Numbered from the stretch's first letter, positions 33,496-44,265 are shown. The stretch: DNA of 64,000 bases from Candidatus Nealsonbacteria bacterium (GCA_047456295.1 CP179887.1:239159-303158); one strand, 5' to 3'. A program made the numbers and translations. Notes: generated by a model from the sequence alone, not told the origin.

Positions 33496-33771
33496 ATAGA
33501 TATGTGTGTTTTAAATTTATTTTAAACAACCTTTGATTTATTATATATTTTTTAGACAAACATTAAAAGTTCTGGTTTAAAAATCAACAATCCTCCCAGA
33601 ACAAAGATTAATATTCCTCCAATTAAGGTGCTCCAATAGTTATATTTTTCACTAAAACCTATTTTACTTAAAGCAAAAAATGCCAGAGAAAAGATTCTCT
33701 GGTTATTCCAAGGAAAAAGAAAATGATTAAAAACAATAAAATAATTTTTCTCATTTTTAAAAACAGTATTT

Positions 33772-34941
33772 TCATAATACCTCATCTATTAATAATATAA
33801 AGGCATTATTAAGGGCTTTATTGATTAATTTCTTACAATTCAGTTTTTTTTCTGCAAGCTTTACCTGTTTTAAATCAGCCCTTGTTTCTGGATAACGAGG
33901 TAAAAATCTGGTGCAGCAATCCTGGTAAGGTAAAATGGAAATATTAAAGGTTCCAATGTCTTTTGCCCTGGCTATTATTTCTTCTTTGTCATGACATATC
34001 AATGGTCTCAGGATGGGAATCTTTGATGCTTCAGCTACAGCTTTTATATTTTCCAGGGTCTGGGAAGCTACCTGACCTACGCTCTCTCCAGTAACAAGGG
34101 CTAAAGCTCGTTCTTTTCTGGCAATCTCCTGGCTGATAAGCAGCATAAACCGCCTATAAAGAATAACCCTTAGTTTAGACAGTGTGTTTAAAAGAATTTC
34201 TTTCTGGATGTCAGCAAAAGGAATCAAATAAAGTTTTGAGTTAAATTGAAATTTATTCAAAACCTTAACAATTCTTTTGGTTTTTTCAATAGATGCCTTG
34301 TCAGTATAAGGATGAGCGTGAAAATGAACAAAGATTACCTTAATGCCCCTTTTCATTGCAAAAAAAGCAGCTACCGGTGAATCAATGCCGCCCGAAAGTA
34401 AAACTACTGCTTTTCCGCTTACTCCCAAGGGCAGTCCCCCTCTTCCTTTAATCTTTAATGAATACAAGAAAACATATTTTTCTACTATTTCAATAAAAAG
34501 ATTTACTCCTGGTTTTTTCAAATCAACCTTTTTCTTTAGTTTTTTAACAATGAATTCTCCCACCTTTTCATTAACCTCAGGAGAGGTGAGATGGAATTCC
34601 TTTTTAGATCTCTGGGTTGAGATTCTAAAACTCTTGAATTTCTTTGTTTTTAAAATCTCAAAAGCCTTTTTTTTAATTATCTCAATCTTCTGTTCACAGC
34701 TATGAGCAAAAGCAAAATAAACAATACCAAAAACATTTTTTAAGGCTTCCTTAATTTTCTTTTCTTGCCTAACTCCTTTCTTACTCACCCTTACAATTAT
34801 CCTGCCTGAAATTCTCTTTACAAAATCAAAAGAGTCTTTGGGTAAAACCCTTTTAATGTTTTTGACCAATCTTTCTTCAAAAAACCACCTGTTTTTTCCT
34901 TTCAATCCTATTTCATGATAGTGACAAATAATATAGTCCAT
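33772..34941 (-). CDS. thiI: tRNA 4-thiouridine synthase ThiI
   Basis: 389-aa ORF with a THUMP-like N-terminal half and the PP-loop LLSGGIDSPVAA. Confidence 0.85.
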   Translation of the reverse strand: MDYIICHYHEIGLKGKNRWFFEERLVKNIKRVLPKDSFDFVKRISGRIIVRVSKKGVRQEKKIKEALKNVFGIVYFAFAHSCEQKIEIIKKKAFEILKTKKFKSFRISTQRSKKEFHLTSPEVNEKVGEFIVKKLKKKVDLKKPGVNLFIEIVEKYVFLYSLKIKGRGGLPLGVSGKAVVLLSGGIDSPVAAFFAMKRGIKVIFVHFHAHPYTDKASIEKTKRIVKVLNKFQFNSKLYLIPFADIQKEILLNTLSKLRVILYRRFMLLISQEIARKERALALVTGESVGQVASQTLENIKAVAEASKIPILRPLICHDKEEIIARAKDIGTFNISILPYQDCCTRFLPRYPETRADLKQVKLAEKKLNCKKLINKALNNAFILLIDEVL

Positions 34942-34943
34942 AT

Positions 34944-36062
34944 CTAATTAAAGCTGATTACCCCTCCTCCTAAAACCTCTGTGTTTTTATAAAAAACAGC
35001 TGACTGGCCAGGGGTTACTGCCCTCTGGGGTTTTTTAAACCATACCCTGTATCTTGCACCTTTTATTCTGGAAACAACACCTTCATAAGGTTTATGTCTG
35101 TATCTGATTTTAACCTTTACCTTTATTGGTAAATTAAGAGGGGTTCCAGATATCCAATTGACGTTTTTGAATATAAGCTCTTTTTTATATATATCTTTTT
35201 CATTCTTGGTAACAATCAAAACATTCTTTTTCAGGTCTTTATTTAAAACATAAAAAGGTCCTCCAGGAAGCCTTATTCCCTTTCTTTGACCTATGGTGTA
35301 AAACCACAGTCCTTCATGCTTGCCCATTACCTTTCCTTTGTTATCAATGATTTTCCCTGGTTTTGTCTTTAAATGCTGTTTTAAAAAATCATTTGTTGTT
35401 GTTTTAACAAAACAAACCTCTTGAGACTCTGGAACATTAAAAACAGGTAGTTTAAACTTTACAGCCATTTTTTTAACTTCGGTCTTTGTATACCCTCCAA
35501 CCGGAAACAGTATATGATTTAACTGCTTCTGGTTAAGTTTCCATAAAAAATATGACTGGTCTTTGTTTCTGTCTTTTGATTTTATTAATTTAATCCCCTG
35601 TCTCCCTTCTTTCAAACAGGCATAGTGACCTGTGGCAATAAAATTGGTATTAAAAGCCAAAGCTTTTTTCAATAACAATCCAAATTTTATTTCTTTGTTG
35701 CAGATAACACAGGGGTTGGGAGTCCTGCCTGCTTTATACTCTTTTAAAAAATAATCAACGATTTTCTTTTTGAATTCTTTTTCAAGTCTTAAAACATAAA
35801 AGGGAATCCCCAGTTTTGAAGCTATTAAACGGGCTCTTTTCTCAGCTTCCAAAGAACAACATCTATTCCATGTTTTAAGTGAGCTATTTTTTGAAGAACC
35901 TGACCAAAACTTCATAAATACACCGATTACCTCAAAATCGCCTGTTTCTTTTAAAAGGGCGGCTGCCACCGAGGAATCAACCCCGCCTGACATGGCACAA
36001 ATGACTTTTTCTTTTTTCTCTAAGGGTTTTAAATTATATTGACTCTTTAATCTTCTCTTCAT
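34944..36062 (-). CDS. mnmA: tRNA-specific 2-thiouridylase MnmA
   Basis: Contains the PP-loop AMSGGVDSSVAA, TPNPCVICNKEIKF and DQSYFL. Confidence 0.9.
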   Translation of the reverse strand: MKRRLKSQYNLKPLEKKEKVICAMSGGVDSSVAAALLKETGDFEVIGVFMKFWSGSSKNSSLKTWNRCCSLEAEKRARLIASKLGIPFYVLRLEKEFKKKIVDYFLKEYKAGRTPNPCVICNKEIKFGLLLKKALAFNTNFIATGHYACLKEGRQGIKLIKSKDRNKDQSYFLWKLNQKQLNHILFPVGGYTKTEVKKMAVKFKLPVFNVPESQEVCFVKTTTNDFLKQHLKTKPGKIIDNKGKVMGKHEGLWFYTIGQRKGIRLPGGPFYVLNKDLKKNVLIVTKNEKDIYKKELIFKNVNWISGTPLNLPIKVKVKIRYRHKPYEGVVSRIKGARYRVWFKKPQRAVTPGQSAVFYKNTEVLGGGVISFN

Positions 36063-36571
36063 TTTTTCAGTATCTTTTTTTCTAAGTCGGTATATTCCTT
36101 ATATCTTTTTTCAATTATTTTTAATTCCTTTTGTATTCTTTTGTGTTTTAATTGAAGTTCTTTTGGTATTTCTTTTTCATTCTTTGATAAATAATCATAG
36201 ATTGCTTCAGCCAGGGCATCTACAGCCAGCATAGAACAATGAAGTTTTATGGGAGGCAATCCTCCTAAGAATTCAACAATCTCTTTTTTATCAATCTGCA
36301 GTGCCTTTTCCAGGGTTTTTCCCTTTGCCAAATCTGTAATAACACTGCTGGTGGCCAAGGCTGCCACGCAGCCGAAAGTTTCAAAACTTATTTTTTTAAT
36401 TATGTCCTTTTTTTTCTTATCTATCCCAACCTTAATATAAATCCACATTACATCTCCACATAAAATATTCCCAACCTTTCCAACCCCGTCAGGGTTCTTG
36501 AGCCTTCCGAAATTGTGAGGATTCCTGAAGTGCTTAATGACTTTTTTTGTATAATGTCCTATTTTGTTCAT
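36059..36571 (-). CDS. iscU: Fe-S cluster scaffold protein (IscU/NifU N-terminal type)
   Basis: Contains HFRNPHNFG, GNILCGDVM, FGCVAALATSS and LHCSMLA. Confidence 0.85.
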   Translation of the reverse strand: MNKIGHYTKKVIKHFRNPHNFGRLKNPDGVGKVGNILCGDVMWIYIKVGIDKKKKDIIKKISFETFGCVAALATSSVITDLAKGKTLEKALQIDKKEIVEFLGGLPPIKLHCSMLAVDALAEAIYDYLSKNEKEIPKELQLKHKRIQKELKIIEKRYKEYTDLEKKILKK

Positions 36572-37743
36572 TTTTTAAAAGGTGAAATCTTTCTTAGTTT
36601 TTTAATAATAGGAGGTAAAATCTTCAACACATAATCTATCTCTTTTTGTTTTGTCCATCTGCCCAGGGTCAATCTTAAGGAACCGTGTATCTGATGGGGT
36701 TTCAATCCAATGGCAGAGAGCACATGACTGGGTTTCAATTTAATGGAAGAACAGGCTGAACCAGTTGATGCTGCCACACCCAAGAGGTCAAGCTGAATCA
36801 CCATGGACTCCCCTTCAATAAAAGAAAATGCAATATTGACATTGTTTGGTAATCTTTTTTTAGGATGACCGTTAAGAAAAGAGTGTTCTATTCTTTCAAG
36901 TATCCCTGAAATTAGTTTATCCCTCAGCCCTGAAAGTCTTTTGCTTTCTCTGTTCATTTCCTTTTTGCAAATCTGGCAGGCTTTGGCAAAACCAACAATG
37001 CCAGCTATATTAACCGTGGAAGACCTCAATCCAAATTCATGACCTCCACCGTGTAAAAGAGGCTCAATCCTGGTTCCTTCTTTTACAAACAAACAGGCTG
37101 CTCCCTTGGGTCCGTACATTTTATGAGAGCTGGCTGTCAACAAATCTATATTCATTTCATTGACATTAATGGGAATTTTGCCAAAGCTCTGGGCAGCATC
37201 TGTATGGAAATAAACCTTGGCTTTACGGCAAATAGCTCCAATTTCTTTAATGGGTTCAATGGTTCCTATCTCATTGTTGGCATGCATGACAGAAACCAAA
37301 ACAGTATCTTTTCTGATTAAGCTTTTCACCTCTTTTAAATCAATCAAGCCATATTTATCAACCTTTAATCTACTGACCTCAAACCCCTGCTTTTCCAACC
37401 ATCTGGCGCTCTCCATAATGCAGGGATGTTCAATGGGAGAAATGATGATATGACGCCCTTTGTTTTTATTGGCAAAAGCTATACCTTTTAAAACCAAATT
37501 ATTGCTTTCAGTAGCTGAACCAGTAAAAATTATTTCTGTGCTTTTGGCATTTATTAAACCAGCCACCTCTTCCCTGCTTTCTTCCAAAGCCAACTTTGCT
37601 TTCTGACCAAAACCATGCAGAGACATGGTGTTTCCAAATCTCTCATAAAAATAGGGCATCATTGTTTTTACAACCCGAGTATCAACCGGCGTGGTGGCTG
37701 CATAATCTAAATAAATTTTTTTCTTTTTTGACATAATTTTCAA
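36568..37743 (-). CDS. iscS: cysteine desulfurase (NifS/IscS type)
   Basis: Contains the PLP Lys motif SSHKMYGPKG and the catalytic loop SGSACSS. Confidence 0.9.
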   Translation of the reverse strand: MKIMSKKKKIYLDYAATTPVDTRVVKTMMPYFYERFGNTMSLHGFGQKAKLALEESREEVAGLINAKSTEIIFTGSATESNNLVLKGIAFANKNKGRHIIISPIEHPCIMESARWLEKQGFEVSRLKVDKYGLIDLKEVKSLIRKDTVLVSVMHANNEIGTIEPIKEIGAICRKAKVYFHTDAAQSFGKIPINVNEMNIDLLTASSHKMYGPKGAACLFVKEGTRIEPLLHGGGHEFGLRSSTVNIAGIVGFAKACQICKKEMNRESKRLSGLRDKLISGILERIEHSFLNGHPKKRLPNNVNIAFSFIEGESMVIQLDLLGVAASTGSACSSIKLKPSHVLSAIGLKPHQIHGSLRLTLGRWTKQKEIDYVLKILPPIIKKLRKISPFKK

Positions 37744-37749
37744 AAATTA

Positions 37750-38166
37750 TTATTTAATTAAATCAGCTAAAGTTATTGAATTTAGGGTAGCATTCAAGCT
37801 ATCTTGAATCTTTTGCCAGACATTAATTGTTTTACAATTCTTCCTATAAGGACAATTGTACCTTTGTTTCTTTTCTTTAGCTATACATCTAACAGGAGCC
37901 ATTGTTCCTTCCAAAACCCTTATTATCTCACCTGCCTTAATCTTTCCAGGTGAACGGAGTAAAAAATACCCTCCCTGGACTCCTCTCTTTGAGCCCACCA
38001 ATCCTTTTTTTTCTAATCTTGAAATTATTTTTTCCAGATAATCAAAGGATATCTTTTCCTTTTCAGAGATTTCCCTTAAAGAGCATACCTTATTCTTTTT
38101 TCTAAAAGCTGCTGCCAAATACACCATAGCCCGCAAACCATATTGGGATCTTTTGGAAATTTTCAT
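37750..38166 (-). CDS. Rrf2-family transcriptional regulator (IscR-like)
   Basis: Starts MKISKRSQYGLRAMVYLA with a wHTH fold. It heads the isc/thiolation gene string. Confidence 0.85.
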   Translation of the reverse strand: MKISKRSQYGLRAMVYLAAAFRKKNKVCSLREISEKEKISFDYLEKIISRLEKKGLVGSKRGVQGGYFLLRSPGKIKAGEIIRVLEGTMAPVRCIAKEKKQRYNCPYRKNCKTINVWQKIQDSLNATLNSITLADLIK

Positions 38167-38248
38167 ACTTAACAGATGATTAATTATTAAAAACCGACAA
38201 TTACAGTCGGTTTTAATATATCAAAAAGTAAATTGTGGTGTCAATACC

Positions 38249-38431
38249 CTATTTTTCTTTCTCAATTGCTCCGTAAGGACACAGGGTTTCACCACCGCAT
38301 TCCTCTACCTTGTCTGAATTAATAATCTTTGATTTGCCATCATCATTCCAATCAGCCCCCTCAGGACAGGTAGTAATACAAACCCCGCAACTGATACATT
38401 TTTCTTTGATGACTTTGAATTTTACAGCCAT
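38249..38431 (-). CDS. small 4Fe-4S ferredoxin
   Basis: 60-aa ORF with CISCGVCITTCP plus a C-terminal Cys. Confidence 0.75.
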   Translation of the reverse strand: MAVKFKVIKEKCISCGVCITTCPEGADWNDDGKSKIINSDKVEECGGETLCPYGAIEKEK

Positions 38432-38536
38432 ATTTTTGACATTGTTATTTATTTTATCAAACCTTTATTAATGTATTATCTATTGGTTCCCCCAACCATT
38501 AACAATGATTATATCAAAACTAAACCTAAATACAAA

Positions 38537-39751
38537 TTAACATCTTCGTTTATGTTTCTTTATAAGCCTTAAAATCTTTGACATTAAATCCACTTGTTTT
38601 ATCTTGCCCAGTTTCCCTTTTTTACAAGCTCTCTCTGAAAACCTTTCCACAGAATCTGGTCCTGTTCCATAAATTAAAAGAGGGATGGGGTTCTTACAGT
38701 GTCTTTTTAATAAAGAACAGGTGGAGTGATCAGCTGTTACAACAATTAAGATATGTTTGAGACCCAATAAAGGCTTCATGTTTTTATCAATCTTTTCAAT
38801 AAAATCTCTCTTTCCTGAAAAGTTGCCGTCTTCAGCCAAACTATCTGTAGCTTTAATATGTAAGAACACAAAACCATAATTTTTCAAAGCCTTTTTTGCA
38901 GTCTGAATCTTTCCCTTAAGGTTGGTGGATACAAGGCCGTTGGCTCCTTTCACCTTGATTAATTTCATTCCCAGGGCTTTGGCAATCTGTTGGTAAAGAA
39001 TCTTTCCTGCAATACAACAAGCCTTAAAACCGTATCTTTTCTTAAAAGAAACAAGTTTTTGAGGAGAACTGGCACCCCTGACTAAAATATAGTTAGCTAC
39101 AGGAAGACCTAATTTTTTTCTTTTTTTATTTAAAGGATGATTTTTTAAAATCTGATGACTCCTCTTTAAAAACTCATTTAAAATACCAGCAGTAAAAGCA
39201 GATTTTGAGCTCTTGTCCAAAGGAATAATTTTTTTAACCCTTTTGCCCAGTGTTGAATAAAAAGGGTCGCCATCTGAAATCCTGCAACTTAAATTCTTTC
39301 CCCGCAAGATTATACCCAGTCTGTGTTGCCCGGCTGGCTTTATCAAAACCTTTACATTGTTTATTTTAATTCCATTTAAAGATTTTATCAAAGACTTGGT
39401 GTTTTGAATCCTGCCTGCCCGTCGGTCAATAATATTGAAATTCTTATCTACAGTACTAAAGTTGCCCCGCAAAGCAACATCCCCAGACCTTACTTTCATT
39501 CCAGCTCCTCTGACTGTAAATATTCCCCGTTTAATTGTTAAGGCCTTGGGATGGTAGCCGAACAAGGAAAAATGACCTTCTTCTGAAGTAGGAATGGCTG
39601 CGGTATAACAAGGTTCCATTAAACCTGTTATTCCCTTTTTGGCCAAATAATCCAGATGAGGAGTTCTGGCTTTTTCCAGAGGGCTTTTATTGCCAAACTG
39701 CTTTATTCTTTCGTCTCCCAGACCATCAAGAACAATAAAGAGTATGTTCAT
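38537..39751 (-). CDS. apgM: cofactor-independent phosphoglycerate mutase, archaeal type
   Basis: Contains MNILFIVLDGLGD, a metalloenzyme-superfamily pattern, and VTADHST. It overlaps eno by 4 nt. Confidence 0.85.
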   Translation of the reverse strand: MNILFIVLDGLGDERIKQFGNKSPLEKARTPHLDYLAKKGITGLMEPCYTAAIPTSEEGHFSLFGYHPKALTIKRGIFTVRGAGMKVRSGDVALRGNFSTVDKNFNIIDRRAGRIQNTKSLIKSLNGIKINNVKVLIKPAGQHRLGIILRGKNLSCRISDGDPFYSTLGKRVKKIIPLDKSSKSAFTAGILNEFLKRSHQILKNHPLNKKRKKLGLPVANYILVRGASSPQKLVSFKKRYGFKACCIAGKILYQQIAKALGMKLIKVKGANGLVSTNLKGKIQTAKKALKNYGFVFLHIKATDSLAEDGNFSGKRDFIEKIDKNMKPLLGLKHILIVVTADHSTCSLLKRHCKNPIPLLIYGTGPDSVERFSERACKKGKLGKIKQVDLMSKILRLIKKHKRRC

Positions 39752-41031
39752 AAGCCCAATTCTTGTTCAATCTTTAACAATCTGTTATACTTTGCCACCC
39801 TTTCTCCCCTGGCTAAAGCTCCTGTCTTGATAAAATCAGCCCCAAGACCCACTGACAGATCAGCAATAAAATCATCATTTGTTTCCCCTGACCTGTGGGA
39901 AACAATTATTTTCCAACCAAAATCTTTTGCCAACCCTGCAGATTCAAGAGCTTCTGAGACTGTTCCTACCTGATTTATCTTCAAAATCATGCTATTTACA
40001 GCCTTTTTTTCTTTTGCTTCTTTTATCCTGTCTGGATTGGTAACCAGAAGGTCATCCCCTATCACCAAAATCTTTTCACCCAATTCCTTTGTAATCTGTT
40101 CAAACCCTTCCCAGTCATCTTCTGAAAATGGATCTTCCAACCCTGCAACAGGATATCTTGAAATTAAATTTAAATAATATCTTATTAAACCTTGTTTTGT
40201 AAAAATACCAAACTGCATTTTATACTTCCCGTCTTTAAAGAATTGGGAAGCAGCTACATCTAGAATAATTTTGATTTTGTTTTCATATCCTATTTTTCTG
40301 GCAGCTCCTAAAATCAATTCAATAGCTTGTTCAGGAACTATAAGGGGCGGGGCAAATCCTCCTTCATCCCCTAAATTTGTGGCTTGCTTTCCATATTTCT
40401 CCAATAAGAGATCTCTTAACTGATGATAAATTTCTGCACCTATCTGGAGATTCTTTGAAAAAGATTCTTCCTCAGGTGCTATCATGAATTCCTGAATGTC
40501 CAACCTGTTTCCTGCGTGCAACCCTCCATTAATGACATTGAACAAAGGAAAGGGTATTTTATAATCCCTGTCTGGTATGTTATGTCTGCTTTTAAAAATA
40601 TCCCTTATATACTCAAAGAGTTTTAATTTTCTGGCTCCAGCTCCGGCCCGACAAACAGCCAAAGAAACAGCGCAAATAGCATTTGCTCCCAAACAAGACT
40701 TATCCTTTGTACCATCTAATTCAATCATTAAATCATCAATCTCTTTTTGCAGGGTCACATCCCTTCCTTTAATCTTTGGACCAATAACTTCATTTATATT
40801 CTTTACTGCTTTTAAGACCCCTTTTCCAAAATATCTCTTTTCTCCATCCCTTAACTCTACTGCTTCATATTTTCCCCTGGAAGCTCCAGAGGGTACAGAA
40901 GAATGAAACACTCCTGCGTCTGTCTTTAAATCAACCCCAATGGTGGGATTACCCCTTGAGTCTAAAATCTCTCTTGCTTTTATTTCTTTAAGCCTGAAAG
41001 ATTTCCTTATTTTTTTTGATTTTAAAACCAT
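39748..41031 (-). CDS. eno: enolase
   Basis: Contains ILDSRGNPT, SGASRG and SHRSGETND. Confidence 0.95.
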   Translation of the reverse strand: MVLKSKKIRKSFRLKEIKAREILDSRGNPTIGVDLKTDAGVFHSSVPSGASRGKYEAVELRDGEKRYFGKGVLKAVKNINEVIGPKIKGRDVTLQKEIDDLMIELDGTKDKSCLGANAICAVSLAVCRAGAGARKLKLFEYIRDIFKSRHNIPDRDYKIPFPLFNVINGGLHAGNRLDIQEFMIAPEEESFSKNLQIGAEIYHQLRDLLLEKYGKQATNLGDEGGFAPPLIVPEQAIELILGAARKIGYENKIKIILDVAASQFFKDGKYKMQFGIFTKQGLIRYYLNLISRYPVAGLEDPFSEDDWEGFEQITKELGEKILVIGDDLLVTNPDRIKEAKEKKAVNSMILKINQVGTVSEALESAGLAKDFGWKIIVSHRSGETNDDFIADLSVGLGADFIKTGALARGERVAKYNRLLKIEQELGL

Positions 41032-41960
41032 TATTTTGTATTTTTTAAATAATCAAAAACAGACAAAGCTGCTTTTGATCCCTGGCCGGCAGCAATTACA
41101 ATCTGTTTGAATCTTCCTGCAGTTACGTCACCTGCTGCAAAAAGACCTGGAGTCTTTGTCTGACAGGTCTCAGGGTCAATCTTTATCTCATCTTTTTCAT
41201 TAAAATCCACCAAATCCTTAATAAATGAGGTGGCGGGTTGTGACCCTATTTCCACAAAAATACCTTCCACAGACAGGGTTTTATCTTCCTTGGTTTTTCT
41301 GTCTTGATAAACTATTGAATTAACAAATGTATCTCCTTTAATTTCTTTTAAAAGGACATTTGTTATTATTTCAGTCTTTCCTCCTTTTTTAACTATTTCC
41401 TGATTCTTGGAATCAGCTTTAACTTCTGAACCGTATTCCAAGATATATATTTTTTTAGCTATACTATTTAAAAACTGGGCTGTTTCAAAACCAGAATTTC
41501 CTCCTCCAATCACAGCTACCTCTTTACCAGAAAACAAAGGACCATCACATACTGCACAATAACTTACGCCCTTTCCTATGAATTCTTTTTCTCCAGGAAC
41601 CTCCAGGGGCCTAGGATCAGACCCTGAAGCAATGATAACTGTCTTACTTTCAAACTTGTTTTTATTACTGGTCCAAATAAAAAAAGAGTTATCAATCTTT
41701 TTCATCTTAGCTACCTCATCTCGCTCTATATCAATGGTTTGTTTCCTTAAGTGTTTTTCAAATCTTTTGATTAAATCCAGTCCTGAAATTTCCTCAAAAC
41801 CAGGATAATTTTCAATAGCTACTGCTTTCTTTGCCATCTGTCCTCCAAAGTCTTTACTGATTAATAAGGTCTTTAATCTCTGCCTGGCAGCATAAATACC
41901 GGCTGTCATTCCAGCCGGTCCCCCGCCAATAATGATTAAATCGTAAACCATATCTTTCAC
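41031..41960 (-). CDS. trxB: thioredoxin-disulfide reductase
   Basis: Contains GGGPAG, the redox centre CAVCDG, and GGGNSG. Confidence 0.9.
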   Translation of the reverse strand: MKDMVYDLIIIGGGPAGMTAGIYAARQRLKTLLISKDFGGQMAKKAVAIENYPGFEEISGLDLIKRFEKHLRKQTIDIERDEVAKMKKIDNSFFIWTSNKNKFESKTVIIASGSDPRPLEVPGEKEFIGKGVSYCAVCDGPLFSGKEVAVIGGGNSGFETAQFLNSIAKKIYILEYGSEVKADSKNQEIVKKGGKTEIITNVLLKEIKGDTFVNSIVYQDRKTKEDKTLSVEGIFVEIGSQPATSFIKDLVDFNEKDEIKIDPETCQTKTPGLFAAGDVTAGRFKQIVIAAGQGSKAALSVFDYLKNTK

Positions 41961-41989
41961 GTTTTCTTTAAGCTTCCTATTAAAAAGAT

Positions 41990-42859
41990 TTAGTGTAAGA
42001 CCTCGGGAATGGCTTTTATTACTTCTGTAGCCAATAATCCCTCTTTCATTTTTTGAGCTGCCATTTCCCCTGCCTTGCCATTAATAAAGGCAGCAGCCTG
42101 GGCAGCAACAAAAGAATCAATACCCCTGGCAAGCAAGGCACCGCAGATTCCAGCCAATGTATCACCTGTTCCTCCCACCGACATATAGGGGCTTCCGCTC
42201 TTATTTAAGGCTACTTCCTTGCCGTTAGAAATAATGTCTGGTTTTTCTTTGAGCAAGATTGTTGTCTGAAGACGTTCAGCTTCCTGTTTTACTGCTTTTA
42301 TCTTTTCTTCATAAGGAAGCTTATAAATTTCTCTTTTTGTCAAAACAAAGAATTCGTAGCTATGGGGGGTGATTAGAAAATTCCTTCCTGAAACAATCTC
42401 AGGTTTTTTTCCTAGAGCATGGATGGCGTCAGCATCAATAACAGCTGGTATTGAAATTCTTTTAAGATATTCCAGGATTACTTCCTGGGTTTCTTTGCTT
42501 CTGCCTGTTCCGCCGCCAATAACCACAGCTGTATTTCCCCTGGATACGGTCTTTGCTGATTCTGTCATTGAAATTAAGGTAGCTAAATGTTTCTTTTCCA
42601 ACCATTTACCTTCCAGGGGATAGGCTGCCATATCAGGGGAAAAAGAAGCAATGATGTCAGCTGCTCTTTTTGGGGCAATAATGTTTACCATATCCACCCC
42701 TGAGTTAAAGGCTGCCATAGCAGAAAGGGCTGGTGACCCTGAATAAAATTCAGATCCCCCAATCACCAACAACAGTCCAAAGTCATATTTTCGGCGATAA
42801 ACGCCTTTTTTCCTTTCCTCAAAAATATCTTTTAAGATTTTTTTGTCTACTTGAATCAT
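41990..42859 (-). CDS. nnrD: ADP/ATP-dependent NAD(P)H-hydrate dehydratase (YjeF C-terminal family)
   Basis: Contains GGSEFYSGSPALSAMAA and GGTGDTLAG. The start is trimmed to Met25 to remove the overlap with ftsZ. Confidence 0.8.
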   Translation of the reverse strand: MIQVDKKILKDIFEERKKGVYRRKYDFGLLLVIGGSEFYSGSPALSAMAAFNSGVDMVNIIAPKRAADIIASFSPDMAAYPLEGKWLEKKHLATLISMTESAKTVSRGNTAVVIGGGTGRSKETQEVILEYLKRISIPAVIDADAIHALGKKPEIVSGRNFLITPHSYEFFVLTKREIYKLPYEEKIKAVKQEAERLQTTILLKEKPDIISNGKEVALNKSGSPYMSVGGTGDTLAGICGALLARGIDSFVAAQAAAFINGKAGEMAAQKMKEGLLATEVIKAIPEVLH

Positions 42860-42885
42860 AAAATTATCTTTGTTAAATTTATTTA

Positions 42886-44187
42886 TTAACCTTGATTCAT
42901 TTTCTTCTTTAAGAAGCTTGGGGTTTCCCAAAATTTCTCCTTGGATATTATTTCAGCCTCTTCTCTCTCTTTGTCTTTTTTAACCTCCAGAGCATTCTTT
43001 CTAACCCTTATTCTTTCCTTTTCTTTTTTTTGTATTGGCACAACCTTTTTTAAAGAAACAGGGGGATTGGATTGAGAAACCTTAACCTTTATCTTTTTTT
43101 GCTTTACTTTTTTTCTTTTTATTTTACTCACCTTTTTTGGTTTCTTTTTAGGTTTTTTAAAAGTTTTCTTTTGACTGCATCCTGTAGCCAATAAGGTCAC
43201 CTTTATTTTTGAATTTTTTTTAACACCGGAAATCCCGAAGATAATCTTTGCCTCTTTGTGAACCCGACCGGAAATAACCCTGGAAACCTGATCAACCTGG
43301 GTCAAAGAAAGGTTTTTCTGACCTGAAATGTTAAGCATGACTCCCTTGGCCCCATCAATGCCATAAAGGTACAAAGGGGAATTTATCACCTTTTCGATGG
43401 CTTCCTTATCTTCTTTTCCTATCTCAATGGAATTTAAATAAGTCAACCTTCCCCTCCCCTCAAATATGGTCTTTAAATCAGCAAAATCAATATTTATTAA
43501 CCCCGGGGCATAGATTATATCAATCAAACTCCGAATGGAATCTGCCAGCTTCTTATTAATTGCAGAAAGGGCTTTTTTAAGAGGAGCTGTCCTTTCTATG
43601 ATTTGAAAAACTCTTTCATTGGGAATAATGGAAAAGGCATTCAATTTTGTCTTTACCTTTTCCAGAGATTTTCTGGCAATATCCATTTTCTTTTCGCCCT
43701 CAAACTTAAAAGGAAGGGTGAAGATACCATATGTTAAATTTCCTAAATCTTTTGATATCTTGGCAAAAATAGGGACAGCTCCAGATCCCAATCCTCCTCC
43801 CAAACAAACAATTAAAATAACAAAGTCCTGCTCTTGTAATATCTTTTTTATCCTTTGTTTTTCTCTTCTGGCAGCTTCCTCACCTAACTCAGGATTCATG
43901 CCTGTTCCCAGTCCATGGGTTAAATCCTGACCAAAATGAAATCTTGTGACTTTTGCTGAAATCCTTCTCAAGGCCTTGGAATCAGTATTGGCAGCAAAAA
44001 AAGAAGCCCTTTTCACCCTCTGGGCTATCTCAGAAACTATTGAACCTCCTCCACCTCCAATTCCAACCAATAGAACCTTTATCTGTTTAATTTTTTTAGG
44101 TTCTTTTTTATCAACCTCCTTTTTCTTTCTGGCAATGCGTCTACGAAATACTCTTTTTCTTGCTGATTTTTTCTTCTTTTTCCTCAT
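42886..44187 (-). CDS. ftsZ: cell division protein FtsZ with Lys/Arg-rich N- and C-terminal extensions
   Basis: Contains VGIGGGGGSIV, GLGTGMNPELG, and GGGLGSGA (the tubulin signature). Confidence 0.9.
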   Translation of the reverse strand: MRKKKKKSARKRVFRRRIARKKKEVDKKEPKKIKQIKVLLVGIGGGGGSIVSEIAQRVKRASFFAANTDSKALRRISAKVTRFHFGQDLTHGLGTGMNPELGEEAARREKQRIKKILQEQDFVILIVCLGGGLGSGAVPIFAKISKDLGNLTYGIFTLPFKFEGEKKMDIARKSLEKVKTKLNAFSIIPNERVFQIIERTAPLKKALSAINKKLADSIRSLIDIIYAPGLINIDFADLKTIFEGRGRLTYLNSIEIGKEDKEAIEKVINSPLYLYGIDGAKGVMLNISGQKNLSLTQVDQVSRVISGRVHKEAKIIFGISGVKKNSKIKVTLLATGCSQKKTFKKPKKKPKKVSKIKRKKVKQKKIKVKVSQSNPPVSLKKVVPIQKKEKERIRVRKNALEVKKDKEREEAEIISKEKFWETPSFLKKKMNQG

Positions 44188-44265
44188 TATTTAAGTATAA
44201 GACTTTAAATAAAAGAGGTCAATTAAAACACAACTGGGTTATTGGACAATGTTAAAACCTGTTTG

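Noticed and set aside
33552-33785. A 77-aa ORF overlapping the thiI start
   Set aside because: It has no motif, it overlaps thiI by 14 nt, and its composition is consistent with chance in AT-rich DNA. It is not reported as a feature.
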